In this document: piece after piece, positions 12,050-24,858 of the stretch
Numbering within the stretch: position 1 is the first letter of the stretch
How the letters are laid out: each line of letters starts with the position of its first letter
NCBI GenBank assembly: GCA_973895155.1
Contig: OZ316891.1
Coordinates: 21,690,513-21,754,512 of the forward strand
Direction of reading: 5' to 3'
DNA: 64,000 nucleotides
Origin: Marsupella aquatica
Taxonomy: Eukaryota > Plantae > Marchantiophyta
The notes under the pieces: model-generated
What the model saw: only the letters and a program-made list of their open reading frames with translations
What the model was told of the DNA's origin: nothing
The model's database searches: none
Translations under genes and position numbers: made by a program

Positions 12050-15000
12050 ATGGCTGCTAGTGGAAAGAGTGGATCTGCTGAGGCAGAAAGTCTCATGACA
12101 AGCCTCACCAATGCAATTTGGACAAGTGAAGACATTTGTGAAGAGATCAAGTGTATCAAGAAGTCATGGTACTTCCGTGATGCCAGATTACAGTCCACGG
12201 GTTTCGAAGACTGTGTTACCCCAATCCTTTGGGTCCAGTTGCAAAAATCGGCGAAGGTTAATGTTTCGTATGGCCCTGTCATTGCTGTTGCCGTCGTCGA
12301 GTTCATGGTTGGCCACGGGGAGGGAAAAGTGTTGACAGAGGGCCTTAGTTTCTTGACAATGTGTGGGCGCAAGGGTTTCACATCTCTCATTGTTACTCTC
12401 GATAACTTTGATGAGAAATCGATGGACAGTTATCCAGAAGATCCCCTTGTTGCCGATGTTCGGGCAGCAAGAGAGATGAATGTTATGGGTTCGGCTTGGA
12501 TCGGCCAGTATGTGCAAGATTGTGATGCCATCATGCTTCCAAGGGTGAACGCAGAGTACAAGAGACTTGTGGGTGAAGAGTTCAAACCTGTCCGCCAAAT
12601 TGTTTTCAAGAAACCAGGTTCAAGTGGAAGCGGTGGTTCTAATGCCGATAAAATATCGGGGCGGAAAGAACCATTGCAATCCTCTACACATATTGACGTG
12701 GACGAACCTACAACTTCTGGTCGGGTTTCGGGAAGTGGAAAAGGGAAAGGGAGAGGTAGCGGCAGGGGAGATGCCGCGGGAACCTCTGACGGTGGGAAGA
12801 AGAGCCAGGAAACTGGCGGTAGTGGGAGAGGCCGGGGCAACCATCGAGGACCATCCATTAAACCAAGCGAAAGTAAAGGATCCGAGGGATCCGGGCCATC
12901 TGGTTCTGGACTTAGCACAAAGAGGAAGAGGACTGGCTGGACTGAGACGGTGGCTGCAGAAGTAGATAGAGCTCCGTCAATTCCATCAGTTCCAGTCGCG
13001 GTTCCTACGGCGCCATTGGTAAGTACTACGTCGTTGTACTATTTAACAAACACAAAATCCGATAAAAATCTTGCTGTTTATTTCCTGAATTGCGGATTGT
13101 GGAGTTATGTTGAACAAATGCGAACTCCGATAAAAATCTCGCAGTTTCTTTCCTTAATTGAATTTGCAACGCTTTTGTAGGCTGATCAGGAGGAGGAGAC
13201 GGCTCTTTCGATGTATGAGACGGACGCGATCAAGGCAGAGCTCAGTCTTCTGATGCAACGAAGGGTGCAAAGGACAACTGTGCTTCTGCATGTCGACAAT
13301 CTCATATTTGATGAGGAGGGGGATTTGACAACTTTGATTAGACCAGTGGATAGATTGCATGTGGAAAATATCAAGATACTTCTCATGAAAAACCCCACCA
13401 ACTTCAGTGCCCCGTTCGTGCTGTGTGTGGATCCGAAGGATTGTCCCACAACCACAGATTGGGACATCCTGAAGTCAAGGGTATGGAAGTATAGAATTAT
13501 TGGAGGGAATCATGGTGCTCGGGCAAAGTCCGAGTTGTTTAAAATGTACGGGAAGCAAATATATGGTGAGTTGGAAGCTTGGGTTTACGCTGGGCTTACG
13601 AGATCCGAGGTCCGAAAGTTAGGCTTCCAGCATAACTATGACCAGGAGTATCGGAAGAACATGACTAAAATTGACCAAGTTCGCGCTTGTCACAATATTT
13701 TCCTTGAAATGGGTGTGGGCTCGACTAAAGATGTCTGCGAAGCATGTTGTCAAGAATGCATGATGGAGTACACGCCAGGAGTTCGTGACTCCATGGCCAA
13801 ACATGATCCGGCTTTCCAAATTGCTTTCCGAACAGGTGAAATTTGGGATCTTCAGGAGCAGATTTTCCAGATGTGGGAGAAAGGTATTGTCTTAGGACAA
13901 CCCAAAAAAATTGTGGCAACGACGAACGCAAAGGGAAAGGTGAAACCTTTGACGGTAAGGGAGATTAAAATGAATAGACTTGCTGGTGACCTCAACTTAA
14001 ATTCATTTCGAGGTCTCCAAGGACTGTCAAATAAGGAGCATGTCAAGCGTCTCTTGAATAGGGTTATCGGGAAGGTGATCACTTTGGATCAAATGCACAA
14101 GGAAGGTGAGAGTTGAAAAAGCTTGCCAAGGTGAAGAAACTATTTTTGCAGATATCTGGTCAGCCAGATTGGGCAACATGCAGAGAAATGTTTCCCAACA
14201 AAACAGATGTCTCGGTCCTTGGCATATGGGCGGAGAAATTGAGTGACGCGGTAAGCATTCCTCTCACAGCATGCTCTATCGCGAGATTTTTATCGGCTTT
14301 AGCATTCCTTTGTTGGTTTCTAAGCGATTCCATTTATTGGCTAGCGTGCTCCATCGCGAGATTTTTATCGGCCTTAGCATTCATCTCACGCTATTCTAAC
14401 TGTAGATGTGTCTGACATTCTTACAGCTGAAGATTAATTCAAAAAGGAAAAGCAAAGTGGTTCCGGCTGTCACTTATAATTCTGCGGGGGAGGTTATTGT
14501 TCCCTCAGCTGAAATCCCTTATGTGTTTAAGAATTTTGTGCTTGCTGCAATCAATAAGTACAATCGGCTGAGGTCCTTAGGCGAGGGCACAGCAGAAGCG
14601 TTTGAACAAACATGGAAAAATGCAGACGGGGATTCTTTTCCCTACTATCTCCATGTTGGTGATGTTCGAATTTTGGATTCTTTTGTTCAGCCAAGGGCTT
14701 ACACCCTTGCGGTTGCGGATATTCTGTATGGTTTTAATGCTCCTGGTTCGGAGTTTGATGAAGTGGCCTTCACAAAAAAGGACATTTTAGACATGTTGAC
14801 AAGTTTCTCAAAGATGACGACCGCTAAGCAGTGGAGGTTTGTTGTGATCCATTCACTACAACAAACGCATATGGTGATGTCTGCACTGGAGAGTGTATGC
14901 AACTGTGGGGTCGAGGCTGGAATCTGGGAGAAGACTAACATTCATGAGCGTCCCGCTGGAGCTCGATTGGCGTGGAATTTTGAGAACTGGTCGATAGGTT

Positions 15001-15539
15001 TCTATAGCGAGGAAGGCATTCGGAACATGAACATGTACAATTTCCAACCGGATGAGTCTCGCGTCAATATCATCAAGGTTCCATGTGTAACCAAGAAGTC
15101 CGTTGATCCGTTGGGATTTGTTGTGAACCCATATCAGAAGCCTGTTGGTTTAGGGGCTTGGTTTGTTTCCCATTTCTCTGAGAAAGAGGATTGGGTTATT
15201 GATCTTTGTTGTGGAACCGGATCGACATTAGCTGCTACGCTCCTCAATTCTCGCCAGGGTTGTGTTGTTGATAAGAGTTCTGCGCAGATTGGTTTTGTAA
15301 AATCCCGGATCATGATTCTGGAGTCAAACTGGAATTTATATGAAGAATCCCAGATTGAAGGGCACAGCGTTGAAGGTCATGAGATTCAACCACCAATTGC
15401 AGGCCAATTGGGTGTACTCGGGACATCGACTTACGTAGTTGAGATCGTGAAGGAGACCGAAGAGGAACAAGAAGAAACTGAGGAAGAGCCTCCCAGAACA
15501 CCAAATGAGGATGATCTCAACGACATGTTATTAGATTAG
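12050..15539 (+). pseudogene. Spliced ParB/Srx-like domain + beta-class amino (N6A/N4C) DNA methyltransferase fusion (ParB-MTase 1)
   Basis: Exons 12050-13018, 13181-14250, 14427-15539 (GT-AG, phase 0). ParB-like IIGGNHGARA at 13496. MTase motif IV ADILYG at 14718, PYQKP, motif I VIDLCCGTGST at 15201. One frameshift at ~14113. Confidence 0.85.
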
Positions 15540-16498
15540 TTGCGTATGCTCGTTAGGATAATGTCAATCACCAATGAAGTTGTCGATAAATTTATCGACT
15601 TCTGTATTCCATGAGGAAGAACCTTTGTCACATTTATTAATGCGATAAATTTATCGGACTTTGCATATATCGGACTGTCGCGGTGTTCCTGTTGGGGGAA
15701 TGGAGTTGTCGATAATCTTATCGGACAGCATTGTATTCTCTAACTGGTTTGTCATTGCAATTATTTAAAAAAAAAGATATCATTATAGCTTCGGAGTACA
15801 TAGTCCCAGAACGATAACCACTGTACATATTCATGGGAACGATAACCATTATAACTTAAACCTGAAACTAGCTTCGACTATCAACGACTACAGTCTCCAT
15901 TGCATTTTGAATGATTCGTCTTGTTTGTATAGGGAGAGTACTATTTGCCAATAACGCAAAGTTATACGCATAAATGGCAGTTTCTGATAGGGACAATTCA
16001 TCCTCCAGTACTTTGCTAGACGAAGCCTCTTTCTCCGGATAATATCTGCCTTCAATTGCAGACTCTTCCTTCGAATCCATTGCATACCAAGTAATTTTAA
16101 TCTGCTCCGGGATGTCGTTAATTCTTGTGAGAAGCTCAGTCACTTTTGCCATCCAGAATGGTCTTCCCTTGGGATCCTGATGGGCTGCTACACATATCAT
16201 TGCAAATTCAGTATTCACCTCTAGATCCTTGAAGTCTCCAATTTCCGTGACTTTTCTTCGACTTCCGGAATACATGACTGTCCTCACACCCGCTACTTTA
16301 TCAACCAAGCTAGGTTCCATTGCTGCTTCCGTAGGATTACTCAGAAGTTCTCTCTGTACGTTTACCTTGGGCCAACTCCAATCAAAACTCCATTGTGCAG
16401 GTTTCAGGTGGTGCTGAATCACTTCTTTTTGTTTGTCAAAAAAATGACCCCACCATAGACGATCTGCGTCGTCAAAGTAATTGAATCCATCTTCAATT

Positions 16499-17136
16499 GG
16501 CCTCATTCACAATTGGGTGTACCTTGCAGGAACCACTTTCAGGACTCAAAAACATGTTTTTTTAGTGAAAAATGACTTTCGTAACATGGAAAAAGGTTCA
16601 TCATGATTTTATCTCAAGACATTTAAGTCTAATTTTTTCACAAGACTATTTTGCATGGTGTAACCTACCTCACCGTGTAGATACATTAAAGTTTCAACTG
16701 TTTTAAGGGATCCTATTATTGATGGCCCTAAATAAGCCAAAATTACTGATTATTTTTGTCCTGTATAAAAAGGTTTACTGTGTGTCACTATTTAAGTTTT
16801 GAAATATAAGATTATGCTATTAGTATGCATGCTTTGGTAAAATTTCATTATCTAAAATGCATTTTTTAGAGTCCTTTTGAGTCCTGAAATGATGTGACCC
16901 GTTGCGTGACAAGTCCTTTTATCAATCTTTGAAGGACATATAAGGAAAGCTTCAAAGTCTCAAATGCTAGATAGTTTAATGAATGTTACCAACCTATAGG
17001 ATGTTTATTAAGTATAGTACATCAAATTTTCTATATCATCTCATTACACCCTAAAAATGATATCCTAAAGCATAATAAACTATGGTCACTTTTGAGTGTG
17101 ACGTTCCTTTTGGGTCCTCCAATTGTGAATGAGGCC
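16499..17136. mobile_element. MITE inserted in a transposase exon, TSD AATT
   Basis: TIR GGCCTCATTCACAATTGG/CCAATTGTGAATGAGGCC; removing it restores QKYRRAI-EDGFNYF. Confidence 0.9.
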
Positions 17137-18167
17137 AATTGCTCTTCGATATTTTTGAAGAGTTGACAAATAACTTTGAGCCGCCCGCTCATCTTGTTCC
17201 TCAGCATCATTCTCTTGCTCTTCATTGTCTCCTGTCGCTCCCGTGGCCGACTTCAATGCCATTTGTGGTGCGACCCACATTCCAGATGATGGAATGTACC
17301 AAACAAAATCCACCGTCTCCCCCCAATCGATTGTCGTTGAAAGATGTTTGGCATGGAATACGGACCGAGCACTTCCATCTTTGAGTACTCTAGTAATCCG
17401 AAATTGTTTTTGAGCACTTATGCCATGGAGAGTACGTAGAACCTGACCATCCATATCCTTGTCATTTGCTTGATCCTTGTCTGAAACAAATTTCTTGAAA
17501 TCGGCAACCTCGTCGACGAAAAATATCTTTGCCGTAGGATTGTAGGATTCCTCTATGATTGCTGAAAGAGTGTCCAACTGGAAAGCTTTCCGCTTGTTCA
17601 ATTTTGAAGAAAACTTGCTAAACATTTGATCAATTTGATCATGGGTGTGCCCCACCAATAGGAAACCAACCTTTATTTTCTGGAAAACACCTATCTCCAC
17701 CAACATATTCAAATATGCCATAAGATATTTATTCTTGTTTTCCCGAGCTATGTTATCAAGCTGGAGGTAAAGCACTGGAGGGAGCAGACCTTCCCAGGTA
17801 TTCAGAATATGCTGGATAACGTGGATGGTCAGGTTGCTATCATTGTGAATATTTGGATAGTTCAAAAAAACATTTGAACTTAATTGTTTGTTGAAGATCA
17901 AACAACCCACTACGTGTACGGCGATGAAATACTTTTCATCCATATTCTTCGGACACCGAATGAAATGAGGTAACTCTGTCTTCTTTTGATCCATTCCATC
18001 AATACAGATGCCCAAATATTTCTCCGGACTCTTGTAACATTTGCTCCGGTGCTTTGCTAACTTCTCCCTCTCGACTGCTTGTGCCTTCCGATGCTCGTTT
18101 AGCAATGTTGAGAATTTTCCTACAACAATAAAAAATTTTAGGACAAAACATGATAACCGCAATGTTG

Positions 18168-18325
18168 AACCCTGACAGCGATAAATTTATCGGGTTCAGT
18201 ATTCAAACACGAGACCGTAATGATAAACCCTGACAACGATAAATTTATCGGGTTCAGTATTCAAACACAAGACCGTAATGAAAAACTGTGACAGCGATAA
18301 ATTTATCAGGTTCAGTATTCAAACT
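18168..18325. repeat. 58-bp tandem repeat (~3 copies) in the transposase intron, each with CGATAAATTTATCG
   Basis: Palindromes at 18179, 18237 and 18295 (58-bp period). Confidence 0.9.
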
Positions 18326-21128
18326 GTTCAAATGATATATTCACTCACATGGCCAAAGAAGAAGCACATGAATACTCAACCCGATAAAATTATCGGGAGT
18401 AACACACAGGTTTAGAAATTTACTCTTTTCTGCTTCGAGTGTTGCCTTGTCACGGAGTGCTTTGAATTCAGTATACGGGGCGTAGGTGGAGAAATGGCTC
18501 CTTTTGGGGATGCGCACGCGAGGAAACTCCTTGTTCCAAATGCGAACAAACCACGAATATGTCATGCCTTGTTCTTGGCGCATTAGAGTTTCGGACTGGA
18601 AGGCATCAAAAACTTCTGTTTTTGTCCAATTGTCAGGTAAATGAAAGATATCCTTGTTGGGGAGACTCTCGACATTTGTGGAAAAAAAATCATCCAGCCA
18701 TTGGACGAGACCAAGATGTGCGGGTGATTTTTCTCGACAAACTGTACCGATCTGTATCCGAGAAAACATGTTCTGCGAGATTTTTTGGAGATGATTATTT
18801 CCCAGTGAAAATAGTTTCTTAAAACCACTTCGACAAAAGGATCTACCGCTAACTGAGTAACCACTTGCACCAGCATGCCCACCCTTCACACATCCTCTTA
18901 GAAGGACGTTCTTCTCTGGGTAGGATAGCCCATAGTAATAAGTGCGTTGTTTCGTCACGGCTAGCAGACCCAAATTCCGCAGACAGTAATTATCACAACA
19001 CGAATACTTATTAATTTCTCTCATTTTATTTCTATTCAATTTGTCATTTATCACATTGTCTTTCCTAGTAATTCGGTCCCTATCTTTTTTACTAGGTTCA
19101 TTTGACTTCTCTACAACCTGAAATCCGTTCATAACATTGGCATTTTCAGGTCCTTCAGGTGCCTCACGGATAGATGCATCACTCTCTGCTGAGCTACCAT
19201 CCTCTATAGATCTCCTTGACGCATTTAGAGGGGCACTGAATAGACGACTATAGCTATTCTCTTCGACAGCTCCTTCTAAACATTCAGACACAACTTGTGC
19301 TATTATATCGGATTCTCTATCTCCTTCATCATCTTCGTCCTCCGATGCACTCGACTCATCTGAAAACACAATTGGACTCCGTGGCTCTCTATACATAACC
19401 CGAACGCCACTAAGACCTCTCCTCAATACTTGGAGCCTGGAACCAATGACAGTCCGCCCTTGAGAACTTGGAGATTCTGGATTCGCACGTGCAGTCCCAA
19501 TGACTCCGCGAGCTGCTGGAAAATTGAGCACTTATTCACCACGATTCCCACGGACCATTTGAGAAAGGGCCGAGTCTGGACTTCGCAGTCCGATTCCCTC
19601 GCTTGCTCGCACATCCAGTCCAGGCAATGCAAAGACCGATCGCCGTATCGGTCTTTGTATTTCTGTGTCCCGATCCTCACTCGGAGACTGAAAGATCCGT
19701 CGTTGAACTTGTGTTGAATGTGGCGACTTGAATGCCGACTGCGATACGCGTATCGGTCGCCGGATACCCTCTCCATAACCCGGGATGGATGGCCTGAAGC
19801 GACGTCTCGGACCTAAACCTGGGATTGAAAGTTTCTCATTTCTTGGCGATGGAACGCTCAAGAGACGACGCTTCTCAGGTTTACTAGGCGACACATAGTA
19901 AGCACTGGGCTCAGGACGTACCAGAACTTGCATCAGAATCTGAGTCAGAGATTTCGGGCACTATTTGCTGTGAGAGAGGTAGAGCTTTAAGTATGCGACT
20001 TGGCAAACAGCGAGCGACAAGATTAGGAGAGGATTCAACTGAACTGGAAGGTGAATCTGTGTCTGATTGAGACATGGCTATCCGAGACACTATGGGGCTT
20101 TGCATTCCTCCCACAATCAGGGAAAACGAAAGGCTCAATGGACAGAATGTTGCTCCAAGAACACAACTCCCAAAACTCTACTCTCGATAATGACGCCAAA
20201 AACTTATCGGCGGTGGCCCTTTTATAGTGTCTGTTGAGGGGTTGGCCCACGTGTCCACTTTTGATTGGCTGTCACCCTAAACGACAAAATAGCAGAAAAG
20301 GGTATATTTCTTGGATTTCCAATTTCATTCTCACACGTGCATCATGGCAAAATTATATAGTTTTGAAATTGAAGCGATAAATTTATCTGATGTTGGTATT
20401 GCAAAAGTGGTTCCTTCATATGGAAGTTGCAATTTTGAAATTGAAGCGATAAATTTATCTGATGTTGGTATTGCGAAGAGTTTTCTTCATATGGATAGGA
20501 ATTTTGAAATTTAACCGATGAACCGAAGGATCTTAGTATTGTCGACTAGTATTTTTGTCGCCCGTAGTTTTCGCGATAATTTTATCGGACTGCGCATTGC
20601 TGTTGAAAGAATGGCATGTTGACTATGGTCACTTGCGGAGGTAACTGGTCAATTGCGGAGGTAACTGCAAGGTAAATTTGACGAACCGTGCAGTAATTCT
20701 TATCGACTGTGATGTAAAATATTTTTGGTAAATATCCAAAAACTGAGAAACCTGAGATTAGGTCGGAGTTTTCGTGGCTCAAATCCGGAGTCCGATACAG
20801 TTATCGCACTTGGCTCGAAACATGGATATGGATTTATAGATAAGACCTTTCATATATCTTCGGAGAGCGTGAATATGAGGTCGAGGAGAAATTTTTTCGG
20901 ATCTAATTGTTCCTTGATAATATGAATGTTTGTTAGCATGAATTTCATTGGTTTTGATCATTATTAAATTTGTTGTTTCAATCCGAACTCCGATACGAAT
21001 TACATTATTTCCCCAAAAACGCATTTTTGATGAAAAAAACTGCCGATTTCGCGAGATTCAGCGGAAAATAAAAATACACTTCTCGTTTAGAGGAAATAGT
21101 TCTCGTTCGGTCCGAAATCGTGTTGGGT

Positions 21129-22433
21129 GGGACGGTGCGAGACTCGGAAAGCAAAGCATGAATACAGTCAAGCAACTGTACGTAGAGGGGTACAACTCAA
21201 GAGTCTAGTGGCCTCATCTACCAAATGCTGGTTGAAACCAGCCACACTAGCTAGTCGCTCAACATCACCAACAAAATCAGTCCATGACGGGTAAGAAGTG
21301 GAAGCAACGAAGGAGGGAGAAGTCATCCCTGATAAATCTAGTGTTGTCGTCTGCTCCACTGGAGGGGGTCTCGAAGATGTCATCGGTGGTGGAGTCAACT
21401 CTCTCGCTAACTCTGGCTGAGGTAGCTCAAAGTGTCTCGCTCTCCTCCTCCAATCGCTCAGCTCCACTGGTAACAAGCAGCCTCTCGAAAAGTAAATGTG
21501 TGCCAAGTAGGGTGTCAGATAGGTATCCCTGGTAGTACACAAGACAACCACTTGCTTGGCGATCACCTCCAAAAGAGCTAAGGCCCAGTTGATCCTCCTC
21601 TTGCCGGTCCATGATACAATGATAGAGCTGGTCAAGTAAACCATAGCCCTGGTGGGTTTGGTCGGATAAAAGGTAGGTACAAGGAATCGGAGTAGATGAG
21701 CTAACTTCCGGTTCCTGCACTGATCAATCTTCCAACCAGACCTCCGATCCCTGGTTACTCTAAAGTAGGGGACAGTCAAGTCCTCTCCAACAGAGATAAG
21801 TCTCTCTCCCTCCTAGCTCAACTGGTACACCTCAGAAACAACGGCGGTGATACACACATCAGCTGAACCTCTAGTAGAACTCCAAAAAGTGCCAGCTCGG
21901 GGTGGACAAAGAAAATCGGCAATGATGGACCCATGCACCATATCCCAAGGAAGAAAAAGTAAGGAACTCAAGCCCATCTCTATCAGGTTACTAAGGAGTC
22001 TAAAGTAAGCCTTAGGACCTGGGGGTAAGGTCATCCTAATGGCCTTACTGATTGGTAAGCTTCTGGTGGCCATAGCTCAGAAAATCTGAGAAGGCTCTAG
22101 AGCTCTCCTCCTAAAAACGGTTAAGCATTGAGGCTCAAGAATGAAATCTTAGGGATCTAAGGTAGCTGCGCTACTGTGGGAGAAGGAATGAACTGAAAAG
22201 AGATAGAAATGAAGGAGCTCTGATCAGGCAAAGCTCTTGAAATTGCAATTTCTTCAATTCCAAGAAATCAGAGAGTATCGATGACCCAATACTCCTCAAC
22301 GTCTCATCAATGGCAGTTCAGAATGGGGGTGAACATTCTCCAGGCAGCTGCGCTGCTATAGCAATTGAAATGAGCTCGAATGGTGGTCTATCGAGTGAGC
22401 ACTGAGGGTCAAAGCTTGCGCTCTACTACAGGC
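21129..22433 (-). pseudogene. Middle part of the element X ORF (plant transposon-associated protein-like)
   Basis: ORFs 21168-21779 (FLVPTFYPTKP...INWALALL...YLTPYLAHIY) and 21813-22073; degenerate. Confidence 0.5.
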
Positions 22434-23809
22434 CGCCATGTACGTCCCTCAAAGAAAAATGGAGAAAAAAGTTTGGGCCGGCGTGGACGTCACATTAGGT
22501 CGTGGTGGGGGGGAATTTACAAACGACAGCAAACAGATAACAGTAACAGGAAACAAATTCTGGTACCAGTTAAAAGGAGCTATTACCAGTGAACAGTGTT
22601 TGGATGGTCGTGAACAGTGATCTTAAAAAAAGGTCTCAAAATCTCCATTTGAAAGTACAAGAATAGAAAACAAAATCACCAAACCGTCGTGATAAATAAA
22701 AGAACAACACGGAAACAATTTTTTGAAACATAAAAGACGGCTACCAATTGAGATACACAAAATCCAAGACAAATCCAAGTAGAAAAGAAAGGCCGGAAAA
22801 AACATTCGCATATATTATCGCAAAATAGAAAATGCGCTCGGCTTAAGTGATACAAAATGCAGTTATCAACATCAACAATCTGGCCTAAAAATCCCATCCA
22901 TGAAGTCACGGTCGACACCGTCGGAGGTTTTTGACTAATACATGAACAGCGCTCGGCGCTAGCCAAAAACTAACTAGAAAACTAGTCGTTTCTTGGAGAC
23001 AAGATGCGTCCAAACCCAGACAACATAGTCAAGATCCATTCCCTCCCACAAAATCCGTTGTCGTTTCAATAGCGCCCGGCGCTAGCCAAAACCTAAATAG
23101 TAGACAACCGGGAAAACCCTAACGCCAGAGCTGAGGTCGACTTCAATGCCACAAAATCCGGAAAACTTTAGCAGCACCCGGCGCTAGCTTAAAGCGATCA
23201 GCAAAACGAAATTTCCATCTAGCTGCAATCATCATCCACTCCTACTGCTTCTCTCCGCCGATCTTTCTTGAAGCCGAGACCACACAAATGAACGTATCCC
23301 TCTGAAGGTCCTCGACGAACAGCCCTCGTAAAATGTTCATTAGGAATATTACTGTCCTTAAAATCAACTCGCCTGAACATTTCTTGTACTCTTCAATCGA
23401 TTGGGAGTACCCCATCAACAAGAATTCCCGGGTGAGACAAAAACCGACTAGAGAACGGATGCGCAGGGGAATCGACAATCCAAGGGATGTTCTTCTCTCC
23501 AGGACTAATAGCCTCATCATACGGGAGAGCATGACGGTTCCGAAAAGTGGAAGTTTCAGTTATTTCAGTCTCCATCCGCGATTCAAAAGAGCTGAAATGG
23601 CTCTCTTCCGTCCGGCACACGAGAAGGACGAAAAGCTGCCTCCCAATCCATTGGCTCATACTGACTCGCCATGTTTCAAAGATCCCGATCTAATATGTAA
23701 CCTCTCCTCCCGTAAGAACGTCGTCCGCGAGTGCTATAGCCGACAAAGGTCAAAGAAAGGTCCGCGAAGACTAAGACGCCAGATAAAGGTCCGCGTACAC
23801 TACCGTTCC

Positions 23810-24170
23810 GAAACGACCATCAAACTATCATCATCCCGTTCTATTGCCTCCTGAAACTATCTTTGCCTTGGTAACAGGTATCGTCCCGTTCTATCACCCT
23901 GCTCTAACATCCCGTTCTATCGTCTTCCCGAAACAAAGTCTTCCCAAACAAACTATCGTCCCGTTCTATCGTCACGTTCTATCATCATCCCGAAACAAAG
24001 TCTCCCCTCCCGTTCTATCATCTCGTTCTATCGTCCTCCCAAAACTATCGTCGTCCTCAACTATCGACGTCCCCAACTCTCGTCGTCCCAAACAAACCTA
24101 AACTGAAACTATAGTCGTCCCTTCCGCCCGGTCCCTAAACTATGGAATCATCGTCCCGAAACTATGGTCC
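23810..24170. repeat. Degenerate short tandem repeats (CTATCGTCCCG/TTCTATC)
   Basis: Repeated tcgtccc, gttctatc and aaactat units. Confidence 0.7.
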
Positions 24171-24858
24171 CCAACGGTTTTCCGACGACTGACTAAAGAA
24201 CACAATCCAAATGGCAGTTGGTATCCAATGACGATGACCGTTGACAGGAAACAACAAAGACTAAACGGCCATTTAGAGATTCCATTTGGCGAGCGCCAGG
24301 CGCTTGTAAAGAACAGAAGTCAAAAGTAATCAACAAGTAGAGAGAAATCAACAATTTAAAAGGACCCTCAGCAGAGGGAAATAATACAGATGTTACAAGC
24401 GCTGGGCGCTGCTAAAAGATTTAGCCTCAACTACCCACTACTTCTCATGGTTCCGAAGATTCTGAGTCGGAACCAGAATCTGTACTCTGGGATCTGTCCG
24501 TGGACACAGCCTCATCATCTACGTACTGGCTGCGGGAGAAGTCATCAACATAAGGATGTTTAATGAACTTTTGGTCAACACCCCTTCGTAACCGAAGACC
24601 TTTGTTTTCCCAACAAAGTGTCCTTGCACTTTCTACTTTCCTTGCGGCTTTCTCTGCATAGGAGGGAAGAACAAACGGTTTTTCCAGTGTTTCTACGTTG
24701 TGTCTCGCGATCTTCCTCCGCAGTTTGAATCGTCTCCTTGCATTCCACTCTGACCTGATATAACAAAGTCCATTTTGTAAGGCGCCTTTCCCCAAAACAA
24801 CAAAAGAAATGTTATGAATTGACGGGAATGGAGAAAGAAGCTTACGAGTTTATGAACA

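Larger units (their letters stand above)
15868..20096 (-). pseudogene. Sola1-like DDE transposase
   Basis: CIDGMDQ, LYLQLDNIARENKN, FLLVGHTHDQIDQMFS; intron 18120-18423; MITE at 16499-17136; in-frame stop at 19532. Superfamily assigned from motif memory and the 4-bp TSD. Confidence 0.75.
8840..21124. mobile_element. 12.3-kb TIR DNA transposon (Sola1-like DDE) carrying a ParB-methyltransferase cargo gene
   Basis: 25-bp TIR AACACGATTTCGGACCGA(C/A)CGAGAA at 8840-8864 and 21100-21124 (1 mismatch); 4-bp TSD GGGT at 8836-8839 and 21125-21128; DDE transposase inside. Confidence 0.9.

Noticed and set aside
12050-15539. Bacterial contamination or a restriction-modification system
   Set aside because: The gene has spliceosomal introns, lies inside a TIR/TSD-bounded element nested in plant retrotransposons, and has no endonuclease partner.
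9287-20806. Dispersed palindromes as a CRISPR array
   Set aside because: Irregular spacing, 14-bp core, no cas genes, eukaryotic intron context.
23333-23854. 173-aa plus-strand ORF (and overlapping minus-strand ORFs) as the missing recombinase of element 2
   Set aside because: No recognisable catalytic motifs and the coding strand cannot be determined.
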